A stretch of 56,059 bases of DNA from Macrostomum lignano (taxonomy: Eukaryota): NCBI GenBank assembly GCA_002269645.1, contig NIVC01001490.1, positions 1-56,059 on the forward strand. The letters run 5' to 3'. Each line of letters starts with the position of its first letter. Positions within the stretch are counted from its first letter, which is position 1. The notes beneath the pieces were generated by a model. It made no database searches. It was not told where the DNA came from and was given only the letters and a program-made list of their open reading frames with translations. The position numbers and the translations under genes were made by a program. Shown here one piece after another: positions 1 through 11,836 of this stretch.

Positions 1-118
1 CATCTATAGATCTTTGAAAATAGGAATTCTTTCAAAATGATACTCATTTCATGCTAAGGTGATTCTTTAGATTTGATCTCTCCAAAGCCTTTCCATCTTA
101 CACCTCTCCAATATATTG

Positions 119-3100
119 AAATTGTGTACAAAACAAGGAATCTGCTACAACAGAAGTGTTCACATGTCTTGGGACGACTGCAATTACATGAACAGCCCGT
201 GTGAAAATGACACCAGCACCAGCACTGATCCTTTGATCCGATGCTATACCGGATACCACATGTGTCTAAGACAGACACAGTGCGATGAAGTGGAGGCAAA
301 GAGGTCGTGTCCCAACAACAAGATTATCATCACGTCCGTGTCGCCAACAAACTCCTGCTTCATTCCTCTGCGTCTGAATATTCGCTTTATCGTCGTGCAG
401 CAAGTGGGTCCTCCAGTGATGAGAATCGGATCCAACAGGCTCGACAACAGCCGCATCGGACAGGAAATTGCACTCGACAGGCTTCTCGATAACAACAGCT
501 GCGTGAGCGCAGACGCACTGGGAATGTCCAACTATGCCGGCTCCAATGCGAGTCTATCGTGGGTAAAGCTGAGGTTTCGCTACTTCAACAAGGACAACAA
601 GGTAGTCGCCGAGTGTCAGCCTACCTACGGATTTCTGCTTCCGCCGAAGTCGCGACCGCCACCAGCTAGATTCCCGACAGTCGTGGTAGAAAAGAACGGC
701 ACTGGATACATGTATGACTATGTCTACCCAAATAATATTTTAGGTCCAGTATTGAACCAGTCTACAGCATCTGCCCCGTGGTGCGACAGTCTCGGTCTGT
801 CCGAGTTTCCCGAATCCGCTCCCAACGACTACATTCGTCAGCTGTGTCGAGAGGCACCGAGGAAGGCTGCCTACTGCTACATCGAGGCGTCGTCGCTCTA
901 CACCGAATATTCGTTTCACGCCTACTCCTACTATGGCAGTGCTCCTGTCAGAAAGTTTGACCCAGGATACATATCGCTTTCTGTTGACAGCTCATACTTT
1001 AATGTGCAACTCAGGCAGCCGGGCAGTGTGAATTTGACATGCAGACTGTGGAACGGACTGCTGCCGGAGCAGGACACGCCTCCGACTGACGGAAACTACT
1101 TTGGCGACGAGATTCTCCGAATTCAGTATTCGTCCATCTGCTATCCTGGATATGTTCCCTGTTTGGCTTCAAAGACTTGTATTCCTTCTGATAATTTGTG
1201 CGAAGCGCCGACAATTTATCCTCGTACAACAATCGGTCCAGAAACTACAACTGATCAGATTACTACAGAGAAGCCTAAGGATTGCCGATACAAAGTGGGT
1301 ACAAGCAACTTTATGATTTATTCGAGTCGCTCCAACTTCATGAAACCCATTGCTGTCGTTTTGCACAGGTTTCCTGCCCACCCAGCGGTCAACTACTCTG
1401 CAAGGCTGCTTGTGTGCTGTCTCTTGTCGATCAGGGTACACGGTGCAACGCACAGGGCAAGGTAGGTATCAAGATGGCTATTTTTTAGCTTTTTAGCTTT
1501 TTTAGCTTATTTTTCTCGACAATACGAGCTACGCTCGTACATGCAATTTTAGTCAAGGAAAATGCTGTTCGTTTCAGAGATTCTGCCAATCCAAAGGTGT
1601 CTGTGAGAATGCTACAGCTGAGTCAAGCTTCTGTGCGTCTCTGCCTCAAAATTTCACGATATGCGAGGGCGCCAATGAGGTAAGCAACAGAATGCATTCT
1701 ACTGAATGCCTACTAAATTTTTGAGTTACATTCGTAGCAGGTATAAAAGCTCATTGTTTGTATTGCTAATGCGCGGTGACAAGATTGCTTCATTCAAAAT
1801 GCTCATCCTTAGACTGCCTGTCCTCACGCATTCGGTGCCTGCTTGGACTTCGCCAATTGCCGTCAATTGTGTCCTCGCTCTCATCGGCTTTTGCCAGCTG
1901 CTCAGCTCGTTTCTGGCTTCAAGGGCTTGTACAGGGATGCTCCGGACCCCGGCGTCTGTCGCACAGGTCACCTTCTTGGCGCTGCGTCTGCCGCACGCAT
2001 CAAAGTAATTTTTGTTAGCCCGGCATCCGGTACTGAGATGGAGTTGGATGGTCGCAAAATCAATGTCAGCGGAAGTCCAGAGCCGATCAGACCCGACAGT
2101 TGCTTCCAGCTTCTCGTCCACGGCGCTCAGAATGTACTCATCAATCTCACGTACTCGCTGCTACTTCCAGACGGATCGGAATGCGTTATGAGAAGCTTCG
2201 TGCTCCTACCTCAGAGAGCTCTACCTCCCAATGTGACACTGATTAAATCTAGTCTCAGCGTCATGGACACCTCTGTGCTGGATGAGTCTCTCTCTACAGT
2301 GCTGGTGTTGAGTCCAAACGGTTTCCCGAACAGCAGCGTGTGCGATCTAAGACTTGACAACGTAATTGATCTGCACTACGAGAGAAGTGTCTGCAACATG
2401 CGCTCAAGGATTGAGTCCTCGACTGTCGGTGGCGTGTTCTGCAAGTACATGGTGCAGCCGGTGTGGTAAGTTACTCCTGCTACTAACGTAGAGGCGGCAC
2501 ATTGCTGCCAGAACAATGTAAGAAATGTAAGAATAACGGAAGAGTTAATAAAATTTTCGGTTTTAATACCTAAAATAATAGAATAAATTGAGAATAATTA
2601 ATATATCATGCGAATTGCTGCTGCTTCCGTAATGACTGCAATACTCTCGTGCTTCAGTATATACATACATATAGTGTTAATGTAATTTGTGTAACTTCCA
2701 GGCCTGACATCTACGGAAACCTGACGTTCCGAAGTGGAGTCACGACAAGCGGTATCATCGAGTACATGAGAGGCTTTCTCGTTCCGAGTCCAAGCCAAGC
2801 CCACATCCGATTCGAACCAAATCGCAATGCCGCTACCAAGACCTTCGTTCTGATGTGCCAGGCTTGGAGTGGAATGCCGCCTCGCTTCGGCTACACCAGC
2901 TCTGGTTCCCTTGTTCCATCCGTCCTTCCTTCAACAGCCATGGGTGGGACAGTCAAAGTTACAATCAGCGTGCTGCACAAGGAGCAGCCTCCTGTTGTGA
3001 ATAAAGATTTCTTCTCTTTTGGTGTTCTCAAGGACAGGGAGAACGAGTACGTGAGTCAGAAATTACAGCGAGAGCGAGGCTTCATGCTGCAACGGCATGG

Positions 3101-6100
3101 AGAAAACTACGTCACTCAGATTCGGGTCGGCGACATGGTTTCACTGTTCTTTTGTGACGATAATACATTCGAGTTGGGCGCTCTCGTTCTACAAGGCCTC
3201 GGCGACGATGCAAGTGGTGTTCTGGAGTACCAGCTGCCGAACTCCATGTTCTGGCAGACTCTGAATGTATCCGCTGACAAGCCTGCGTTTGAGCAGTATC
3301 GCATGCGCTCGCGTTTTAAGGACTCAGCAAAAACTTCGGATGCCTTTTCAACCATCCAGTGTTTGGGAAGCATCTCATCTACATCTTCCTCCATGCTGCA
3401 GCTCTCTGACTTCCTAGCAGATGGCGTCAACGGTACGGGGCCTGTCACTGCGATGTTCCTCCCGGCCAACGCTACGATCCGATTTCGGCCTACGGCCCCG
3501 GCGTCCTGGTCCCGCAGTCGCGCCATCCTTGCTTTTACAGCCGCAGAGAAGCTGGACGCCCAACAACAAGTCTACATCAATCCAGTCGTGGTCAGTAGCG
3601 TAGTCAACAAAAGTGCAGCTGCTGGATGGGCAGTTGTCCGTCCAGTGACGGTTGGCTGCGACAATCAGCCGTGGTCAGGTCTCCAGACTGATGTCTGTAA
3701 TATCTGTGGTGGAAATGGTCGCTCATGCATCGACTGCAACGGTGATGCAAATGGCACAGCGATCTGGAACGACTGTGGCAACTGCGTTGGTGGAAGAACT
3801 GGCAAAGCCATGCGTTATGGAAAGGATTGCGCTGGTCGATGCAACGGATCCTTTGTCTCACCAATGCCTGGCCTGTGCTACAATTCCAGTCGATTTGCGA
3901 CTGCTGATGAGTACATTCGATCGGTGTGGTGCGATGGTAAAGTGAACAGCACTGCACGCATCAATAAGTGCGGCTTCTGCACCGAGGGAAGCACCGGAAG
4001 AGCGGCCAACTTCGGCGTAGGACCCTGCGGCTGCAGCAACGACACTTCCTGTATCATAGGCTGTGACGGTGTCGCTGAGCCATCGGTGTCGTCCCGAAAG
4101 ACTCTTGACAAATGCGGTCGTTGTCTGCTGCCCAGCGACCCGCAGAGAGATATCTGTGCTCGGATCCACTTCACGATTACCCGAAACGCTTGCGTGGGGT
4201 CATACGCTGATTATCAGCAAGTGACAATCAGCAGCAGCAGCATCAACCTCACAATCAGCTCAATCACTCTGCGCCTGCTGAAAGTGACCGATCGGGTAAG
4301 ACATCAATTCCATTTTTGCAATAATAAAACTAAAGGCTCTTTTACTTACACCGCTATCAAATTGCACGAATGTAAATTACACGACGATGTAAAACGCGGC
4401 GAAAAAAATAGTACAAGACGTTTATCCTGATAGTGACGAATAATGGCCTAATTTAGTGGCAACGCGCCTAAAGGTTTACTTACACTGATTGTAGATGTAG
4501 GTGAAAATAAGCAAAATAGACCATAACTCCTGAATTACTCAACATTTTAAAGCTTCAGTTTCTAAGTGTGCAATTTACGTTGATAAAATACAAACTAATT
4601 TCTCCGCCCTCACATTGACAGTCGCTCTACACGGAGCTTCAAGCAATATCCATCGATGTATCTTCTGGTCTGTTCCGCTTTTCTGTGCCCTCGGGTCTCG
4701 TTGCTCGCGAGTACGCTCTACAGGTGAAATACTTGACCGCTTCCGGTGCTACAGTCATCGAGGACGTTTCCGGTGGAAACTTGACTGTTTTTGGAGCTCC
4801 CAGCTTGTCCAGCTTGAGTGTCGGGAGCGGACTCACGCTAGAAAATCCCGTTTACTCTCTGCCAGTGAGCGGACAGGGATTCGTCAACACGCCCGATCTC
4901 GTCTGCCTTCTCTACTGCGACGATCTTAGCCGCCACACCCGATGCGACCCGCGCACTGGCTTTCTCACTGTGCCGGCCAGATTCGACAGCGCGACAAGCG
5001 TCACCTGCAATATCTCTGCGCTGGCCGAAGTCCGACAGCCGCTACAATGGAAGCTCAGCGTCATGAACTGCAAGCCGCAAACACTCAGCTACGATGCATA
5101 TGCGGTGTTCAAGTGAGTGGTTTGTTTTTATTGCTGCAAGTATGAATGCAATGATTTACACCAAGTGACACATCGATTACACCTCTTGCAATCACCGACC
5201 AGACACAACTCGCTGCCGTTCTCGATCCGCTCGAGTAAGGGTCCGGTGCTGCTCTCAGCAACTGATGACGCCATTGGCTACCACCTGCGTCTCGAGTTTG
5301 ACACAAACATCCAGCTGCGACAGACGGCGTGCTCGGCCATCTTTGATGCGTCGACTTTTGCGCTCATGGGTTCAGGCCCAAAGTGCTACGCGAGGGCAAA
5401 CGCTCTCATCGTGTGGAAAGGTCGTGGCGCAACAATCTGCTCTGGCTCGCGAATCAGCATCAATTCGAATATCATTTATGTGGGTGGCAGCGACATCAGT
5501 CTGGCCACCAGTTCCAGTGTCAGCACCGCTGTTGTGAATGCAAACGGTCGGAAGCCACCTGTCATCTTTTTGGCCGGAGTCCAATCAGATGCCAACCAGG
5601 TGGCCACCGTCGGACTCTGTGATTCGTTCACCCTGTATGCCATCATCAGTGGATCGATGGTGCAGCAGATCACTTGGGACATCCGGTGTGCTGCAGGCTC
5701 AACCTGTCAAGCAACTGAGCTGGCTGCATTCCAGTCGAAGTTTTCCACAGAAGTCACTTTCTACGCCGGAAAGGATGTTAGTGATCTCAAGCGCTTAAGT
5801 CAGAAGATATTACTCAAAAAATCATAAAGCTTACAGTCTCAAATCTTTGCTTTCTTCTTCAGATTCCGCCTGGCGAGTCATACAACATCACGGCTTCTGC
5901 CCAGAACGAATGCGGAACACAGTCAAATACGGCGAGCATCGTAGTAAAACGACTCGTTGAACGAACGCCATTCAGCATTAGTATCTACGGACCGCAAAAG
6001 TATGTGAAGCCCGATCTGTGGTACAGCGCTGTGCTTATTGTCCGACCTTCATTTTGCTATACCAAGGCTATCGACACTCTGAGTGTAAGTAACAGTACTC

Positions 6101-9100
6101 TGAGAACGCTTATAGAATAAATCATGCAGCAAAATGTGATAATAGCAGCAAAATTTGCATCAAAATCTTGATGAGCATATCCCTAAATTGTCTTTTTATC
6201 GAATATAAAGTACACCTGTTGTCTGCTATACAATAAAATACCTACACTGCCATCAACGTGATTCTCCACACTTTACTTTTGCAGTACAAGTGGAAGATCG
6301 TCGGTGGCACCAAAGCCATCAATGTGGACCAACAGGCGATCACAGGGAAATTCTTCCGACTGAGATCTGGAGTCCTGCAAGGAGGCCAGACCTACAACCT
6401 GAGTGTCTGCGCTTCCATGCCGACTTGGCCCAACGTGGCGTGCGGCTTTTTGCTTCTGGAGACGATCAGCCGCCCTCTGTTTCTCATGTTCGTCCGCGGA
6501 GGTCGCTCTGATCTCGGCGTCAGCGATGCACTGCAGGAATCCGTGTACATCATCGATCCGGACTACTCGACTGAGACGACATTATGCACCTTTTATCTGA
6601 CCAAATGGGCCAACGGTGAGGCAGTCTACATGCGCAACATGCACACTGGGACCATGCTGTCCTCATTCAGCTTCTTCGGTTCGGATGGAACTCAGACATC
6701 ATCGAACAGTATCCAAGTTCCTTGGCCGGACCCCAGCGTATACGAGCTACCCTCAGGCTTCATGAACCTTACCGTCAGTTGTCAGCGGGGTCAGCGAAGG
6801 TCCAGTCGTACAAAGCTTGTGCAGATTTTGCCTCGTCCACCTCCATCAGTTCGGATCTTGACCGAGCCGAGCAACAAACCAATCAATCCAAACGCTGCTG
6901 TCCCGGTGACAGCTTTAGTGATTGCCAGTGAGATAACCCAGATTCAATGGTCTGTGGATACTCAAGAGACTGGCTTTGGCTCGCTGTCGCTTCAGCAGTG
7001 CTCAGTAGGACCGCCGCTGGCCGATACATGCGTACCCAATCGTCGCTGCTTCATTACTTTGGTTCTCAAGCCAGGACGGAGCTGCAGATTTGCTGCCGGA
7101 GTCTCCTACCGACTGCTTTTGATCGCCAGCGCCAGTTCCGGGACCGCTCAGGCCCAGTTCGACTTCCGCGTGAATGCGCCACCAAGTGGTGGAGCACTGT
7201 CTGTGACTCCCAGCCAAGGAGCCGCTCTGGAGACCTCCTTCACGCTCACCATATGGCCGAATATCACTGACGATTCCGACGTGTCCTTCAGTTACAGCGC
7301 CATGTGCTGTCGCCAAGATTCATCAAGCCAGTGCGTCAGCGTAACTAGTGAACCAACGCCCGCTAGACTGCTCACCACTCGTCTACCTGGAGGAAACTGG
7401 ATCTGCAAAGCTTCAGCCATCGACTCTAACGGAGCAGGCTCCGATTGGTTCTCATTTACTACTGTAATTCAGGTGCAAGCGAAGCAGCTAACGCTTGCCA
7501 AGCTCGACGATTTACTAAACAACTTGAACAATATTTCAAACAGCTGTGAGCGTGATCAAATTATTTCCATTTTTACTTCAATTTCATCAAAATTAAATAT
7601 TAACTTGCATCGATTTCATATCTTGAATTATAGTTGACACTCCAGCACTATGCGGAATGATCCTGAGTGAGCCAGATACTGGCCTGTCAACTGAGGTAAA
7701 GAACAAGAAGCATGAGCTGGTGCAGGAACTGGCGATTCGGGATCTTCTGAATTTAGACACAAGGTATAAGTCGTGCTAAATAGTAATATACTTATAAACA
7801 GAAAACCAATCTGTCAATAGTGTGGAAAAACTCAAGGGCAGTATTATATTCAAACTTTATCGATAATTTTAGTGTGCCATCGGTTTCCTGTCTCAGGGCT
7901 GCAACAAGCTGTCAACTGTTTCGGAAAACGAAAGCCAACAGCCAGTACATAACAAACTTGGTACTGAGCACTCTTAAAAAGTGCCTTGATGCGTTTCACT
8001 CTCAGTCCTTTTCAACAACTTTGCCAAACAGCGCAAGAAGAAGGAGAAGGCGCAACACGTCGGGATCTCAGGGTGGAACAACAAGCAAAATAACTGCCAC
8101 TGAAGCGAAGTCCGTCCTCGACATCGCGTCCGGAGTCTATCACTCCACACTCGATTCGACGACAGCTGCTGATATCCAGGCTACAATTCTTAACACCGTT
8201 CCTGCCTTCTGCAACAGTCAAAATCCGAACTCGCTAGCTCAGGCGGCAGCGTCTACAATGGCTGTTGTACGCGTGTACAAGACGTCTTTCAACTCAGTCG
8301 GTTCAGCCAATCTGGAGATGGGATGCGACTCAGGAAGCACCGACTGTCTATCCAATTTCACAGTCCGTCAACAGGTTGCACTTGGAGACGATCTCGAGCA
8401 GCGCTACTATAACTGGTCATGTGGCCAGACTGACTGCTTCCAGGACGGTGCCTGCATCGGAACCATCCTGCTGGACAAGGATCTGCTCACTCCACAGGCC
8501 AAAGTGGCTTCTCCGACGATTTCTCCGCGACGCAGTCCTCTGGCCTACGTAGGAATATTTCACCCGAGCGACGGCGCGAACCAGAATGTTTCACGCCTCG
8601 GTGATGGCGTGACTATCACCACCAACATCAGTGGCTCTGTGAATCTTAGTAGCATCAGTCTCATCTGCCGCAGCTGGAGCGGAGCTGACTGGACCCCGGA
8701 TAACTGCACAACTCGCGCGCCATTCCAGACCGACGATGGCATCTGGCACGTAACGTGTGTGTGCCGTGACATATCTTCATTTATTGGCGTTTTTGAGGGA
8801 CCACCAGGCTTCCGACCGGAGACAACCATCGCTCCATCTACCACCGAAAGTGAGACTGGCCAAGCAAGGACGACGTTTGAAACAACATTTGAATCTCACT
8901 TAATGACTACAATTTTGAAGATGCATACCTCATCTGTGCCTCTTTCGAGTACCATCACTTCTACTCAGGCTCCCAGTAGTACGTCTGCGACACTTTCGAA
9001 AGCGTCGAGTTTGTCTAGCACTTCTCAGAGTACAATCATTTCTACTCAGGAACCCACTAGTACATCTGCGACACTTTCGAAAGCGCCGAGTTTGTCTAGC

Positions 9101-10180
9101 ACTTCTCAGAGTACCATCACTTCTACTCAGAAACTCACTAGTACGTCGGCGACACTCTCAGAGACGCAAACTTCAGCTGCAACGCTTTGGAACAGCATCA
9201 CGACAACTATATTACCCCGTGTAACGGCTCCGACACTCTCAGAGACGGACACTATAGCTGTGACACTCCAAATCAGGGTCACAGAGTCATTCTCTAACGT
9301 CGTTACAGACGAAAGCCGCCTTCAAGGCCACCTGACGAGTCAGCTTGCGCGTCAGCTAAGGCTCGCTGAGTCGCAACTAACCGACATGCAGTTTGCAAAT
9401 GGCAGCGTTCTTATCAGTTTTACCGTCAACAGTCAGTCTGGTGCCAACACTAGTGCTTCCTTCGCTGTTTATTTGCTGGTGCAGCTCATGAACAACCGCC
9501 AGCTCGTGCTACTTGGCCTGAGCAACAGCAGTCTGACGGTCTCCTGGGAGTACCTGCGGGTGCTGGACGTAAAAACAGCTATGCAGCCTACTGTAAGGAC
9601 TAGCAGCAACAACACCAACATTATTTCCATCGCTGTTGGTGCTTCAGTTGGTGCCCTTTGCCTAATTGGGACTTTTATAGTAGTCCTTCTGCTAATGCGA
9701 AGGAGCAACCGAAACTCTAAAGTCCCAGAAGAACATGAGAGCAACTTAAGGAATGATTTGAATACGGTGCGTGACCCGAGAGCAACGGAGACAAGTTGGC
9801 CGGTCGGTGTCATTCCAGTCAAGTTTGCACCACCCCGTTGGAAAACGGTAAGGAGCTCTTTCGGTGGGCTACATTTTTTGTTTGCGTGCGAAGCTGTACG
9901 TAGTAGGCACTTTATTGCACACACTGTTCTATAGGGTTTGGTCTTCATATTAAAAACTATGCGACTCAATCACAAATGAACGTGTACTCGCTCACAAGTA
10001 AAAAAGATTACTTAGCGATATTTGTTCTGAGAAATTGATTTTAGTATTTTTCATTACTTGCATTAACGCGCACCCGTGTCCTTCCTACGACAGGAAATGC
10101 TCAGGGAGACGGGTCCATCGCAAAGTCGAGAGTCGAGAGCTGAGCGAGTGAGGGAATGGAGCAACCTGAAATACTATTAA
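119..10180 (+). CDS. Copy A: large single-pass REJ/GAIN(GPS)/SEA receptor (polycystin-1/REJ-like ectodomain), multi-exon, 5' end outside window
   Basis: Phase-consistent GT-AG exon chain built by hand: 119-1294, 1369-1461, 1578-1679, 1813-2465, 2702-4295, 4622-5112, 5203-5776, 5863-6084, 6285-7545, 7634-7763, 7873-9847, 10094-10180 (8358 nt, 2786 codons; first acceptor and last exon uncertain). Nine of the ten internal exons match copy B in length to within 1 nt; the stalk-containing exon differs (1975 vs 1655 nt). REJ hallmark, GPS motif, SEA motif and one hydrophobic helix are visible in translation. Confidence 0.85.
3651..4160 (+). CDS. Tandem Cys-rich modules resembling the ADAMTS Cys-rich GCDG...DxCGVCGG motif (within copy A)
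   Basis: VGCDNQPWSGLQTDVCNICGGNGRSC, DCNGDANGTAIWNDCGNCVGG, WCDGKVNSTARINKCGFCTEG, GCDGVAEPSVSSRKTLDKCGRC. Confidence 0.6.
6285..7545 (+). CDS. REJ-module exon of copy A
   Basis: YKWKI...LRSGVLQGGQTYNLSV and VNAPPSGGALSVTPSQGAALETSFTL (from 7170), matching the NxPPxGGxxxVxPxxGxALxTxF signature of REJ domains in PKD1-family proteins. Confidence 0.85.
7873..9847 (+). CDS. GAIN/GPS - Ser/Thr stalk - SEA - transmembrane exon of copy A
   Basis: Polybasic RRRRRR at 8036-8053; GPS CRSWSGADWTPDNC...CVCRDISSF at 8666-8782; S/T-rich 8820-9240; SEA-like with FANGSVLISF (GSV 9401-9409); TM IISIAVGASVGALCLIGTFIVVLLLM at 9620-9697 followed by RR. Confidence 0.85.
8951..9172 (+). repeat. 81-bp coding tandem repeat (~2.7 copies) forming the mucin-like stalk of copy A
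   Basis: Units start at 8951, 9032 and 9113 (TITSTQAPSSTSATLSKASSLSSTSQS-like); absent from copy B. Confidence 0.85.
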
Positions 10181-11071
10181 GAAACTACTATTATTGGACA
10201 GACTAGATGAGTTTACTGCTAGTGTAGCCTTCTAGGTGTAGTGAGTGTTTTAGCAAGAGCTGTAAGACCAAAAATGATCTGACTACTTCTACACGTAGAA
10301 CTATATTTTTTGTTACTCTGTCAGATTTATACGCAAATCGGTATATGTACGCACGCAGTAGATTTTAGTATTTTTTTCTAGTTGAGCCATTTAAAAGTCC
10401 TCCGTATTTCAAAAATATTGGCATTAATGTTGGATGGTTCAGTGCAGCTGGATCGTCAGTCACGTACAAAGAGGGCGAGCTATCAAGGTCACCAGACTAT
10501 GAACTCCATACCTTCAATTAATGGCGCTCGGCCCAGGTGGATGCACTCGATGCACTCTAAGAGTCCATCTTGCCCTCACGTCATAAATAAGAGGGCATTT
10601 TGATCCCTATCTTTTAAGCCTTTTCGCCAGCTAGATACGGAGAATTTTTCAAGTGGCTTTTAGTTTTTAGACACAATGCTTTAATTGAAGCAAAATTTAC
10701 GAGCAAATAATGCCTTTTATTTATGTAGTAATCGCTGTTTTCCATATTCGTGTTGATGCTAAAAATTACTGAGTGATTTTAGACAAACCCACTTGCTTCT
10801 ACTTTATCTATTTGCACTCGAAACACTGTTTCCTTTAGACGACGTTAACATCTCTTATCGAATCTACGAGTGCTTAGAACTTTTTTCTTAGATATGAACT
10901 TCTCTGGTGACTTAAATTCACCCCGATGAAAGAAATAAACTTTTGGACTCAAAATGGCTTGCCAGATATTCAAGATTCAATTTTTATATTCGCTCGGTTG
11001 CTTGTTAACTAGCTTTTATCATTTTATTCAAACAGAAAGAATAAAAAACCAACAAACAACATTTGTAAGTC

Positions 11072-11103
11072 GACGCGTTTCGCACTCCGTGGTGCATCTT
11101 CGG
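11072..11103 (-). ncRNA. Penelope-type minimal hammerhead ribozyme motif (probably degenerate)
   Basis: Minus strand CCGAAGA-T-GCAC[CACGGA]GTGC-GAAAC-GC-GTC; palindromic ACGCGT helix III; T-rich tract and AATAAA follow on the same strand; stem I reduced to about 1 bp. Confidence 0.5.
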
Positions 11104-11836
11104 GGTGAAACAGCATGAAAACACTGCTGCAGAGTGTGTAATGTGACTACAATAAACTATCTAACCTGTTGTGTTTTGTGATTTGATTCTGTGCTGAGCC
11201 GAAAGCTGTTATAACGAGAGCTTAGCTTAAGTTGAATGTATATTTTATTTAACGATATAAGTAACGGCAAGCCTTTATAGAGTCAGAGTCAGTCGGTAGC
11301 TGTTTGGGACACAGACAAATAAATTAACGCTGGGGCAACGACTGAAAATAAAAGTACATTGGATTCGGATCGGTATACAACATAACCTGTACACAGTGAT
11401 CGCTACACGAACCATGAGTGCAACAGATGACGCACTGACAATAAAGCTGAACAGATTTCTTTCAGCGGAAGCAGGTGCAAAAAGCATTAAAATTAATAAA
11501 AAAGTTACTTCACTAACGGATGCCGCGTCATCTGGTTGCTTCACGCTCAATGAAGACATTTCCGGACTAAATCCATCTGTATTTCTTATATTTCCTGATC
11601 GGATTGCTTTTACAGCTTGTGAAAATCTCAGACAAGCTGCCTAGTTCGTACTTTTCAACTGCGACTAAATAATATTGCACTTGAATTTGCGCTAAACTTT
11701 AAAGGTACGCTGCATTAAAAATGACGGGTAGATTAATTTCGGAATGCTCGTCGTAGCTTTAGCACCCGAGATTTTGGGTGTCCAAACAAAGTAAATGGCG
11801 TTCCTTTTGCTGGCACCTCCTGCACTCTGACATTCT

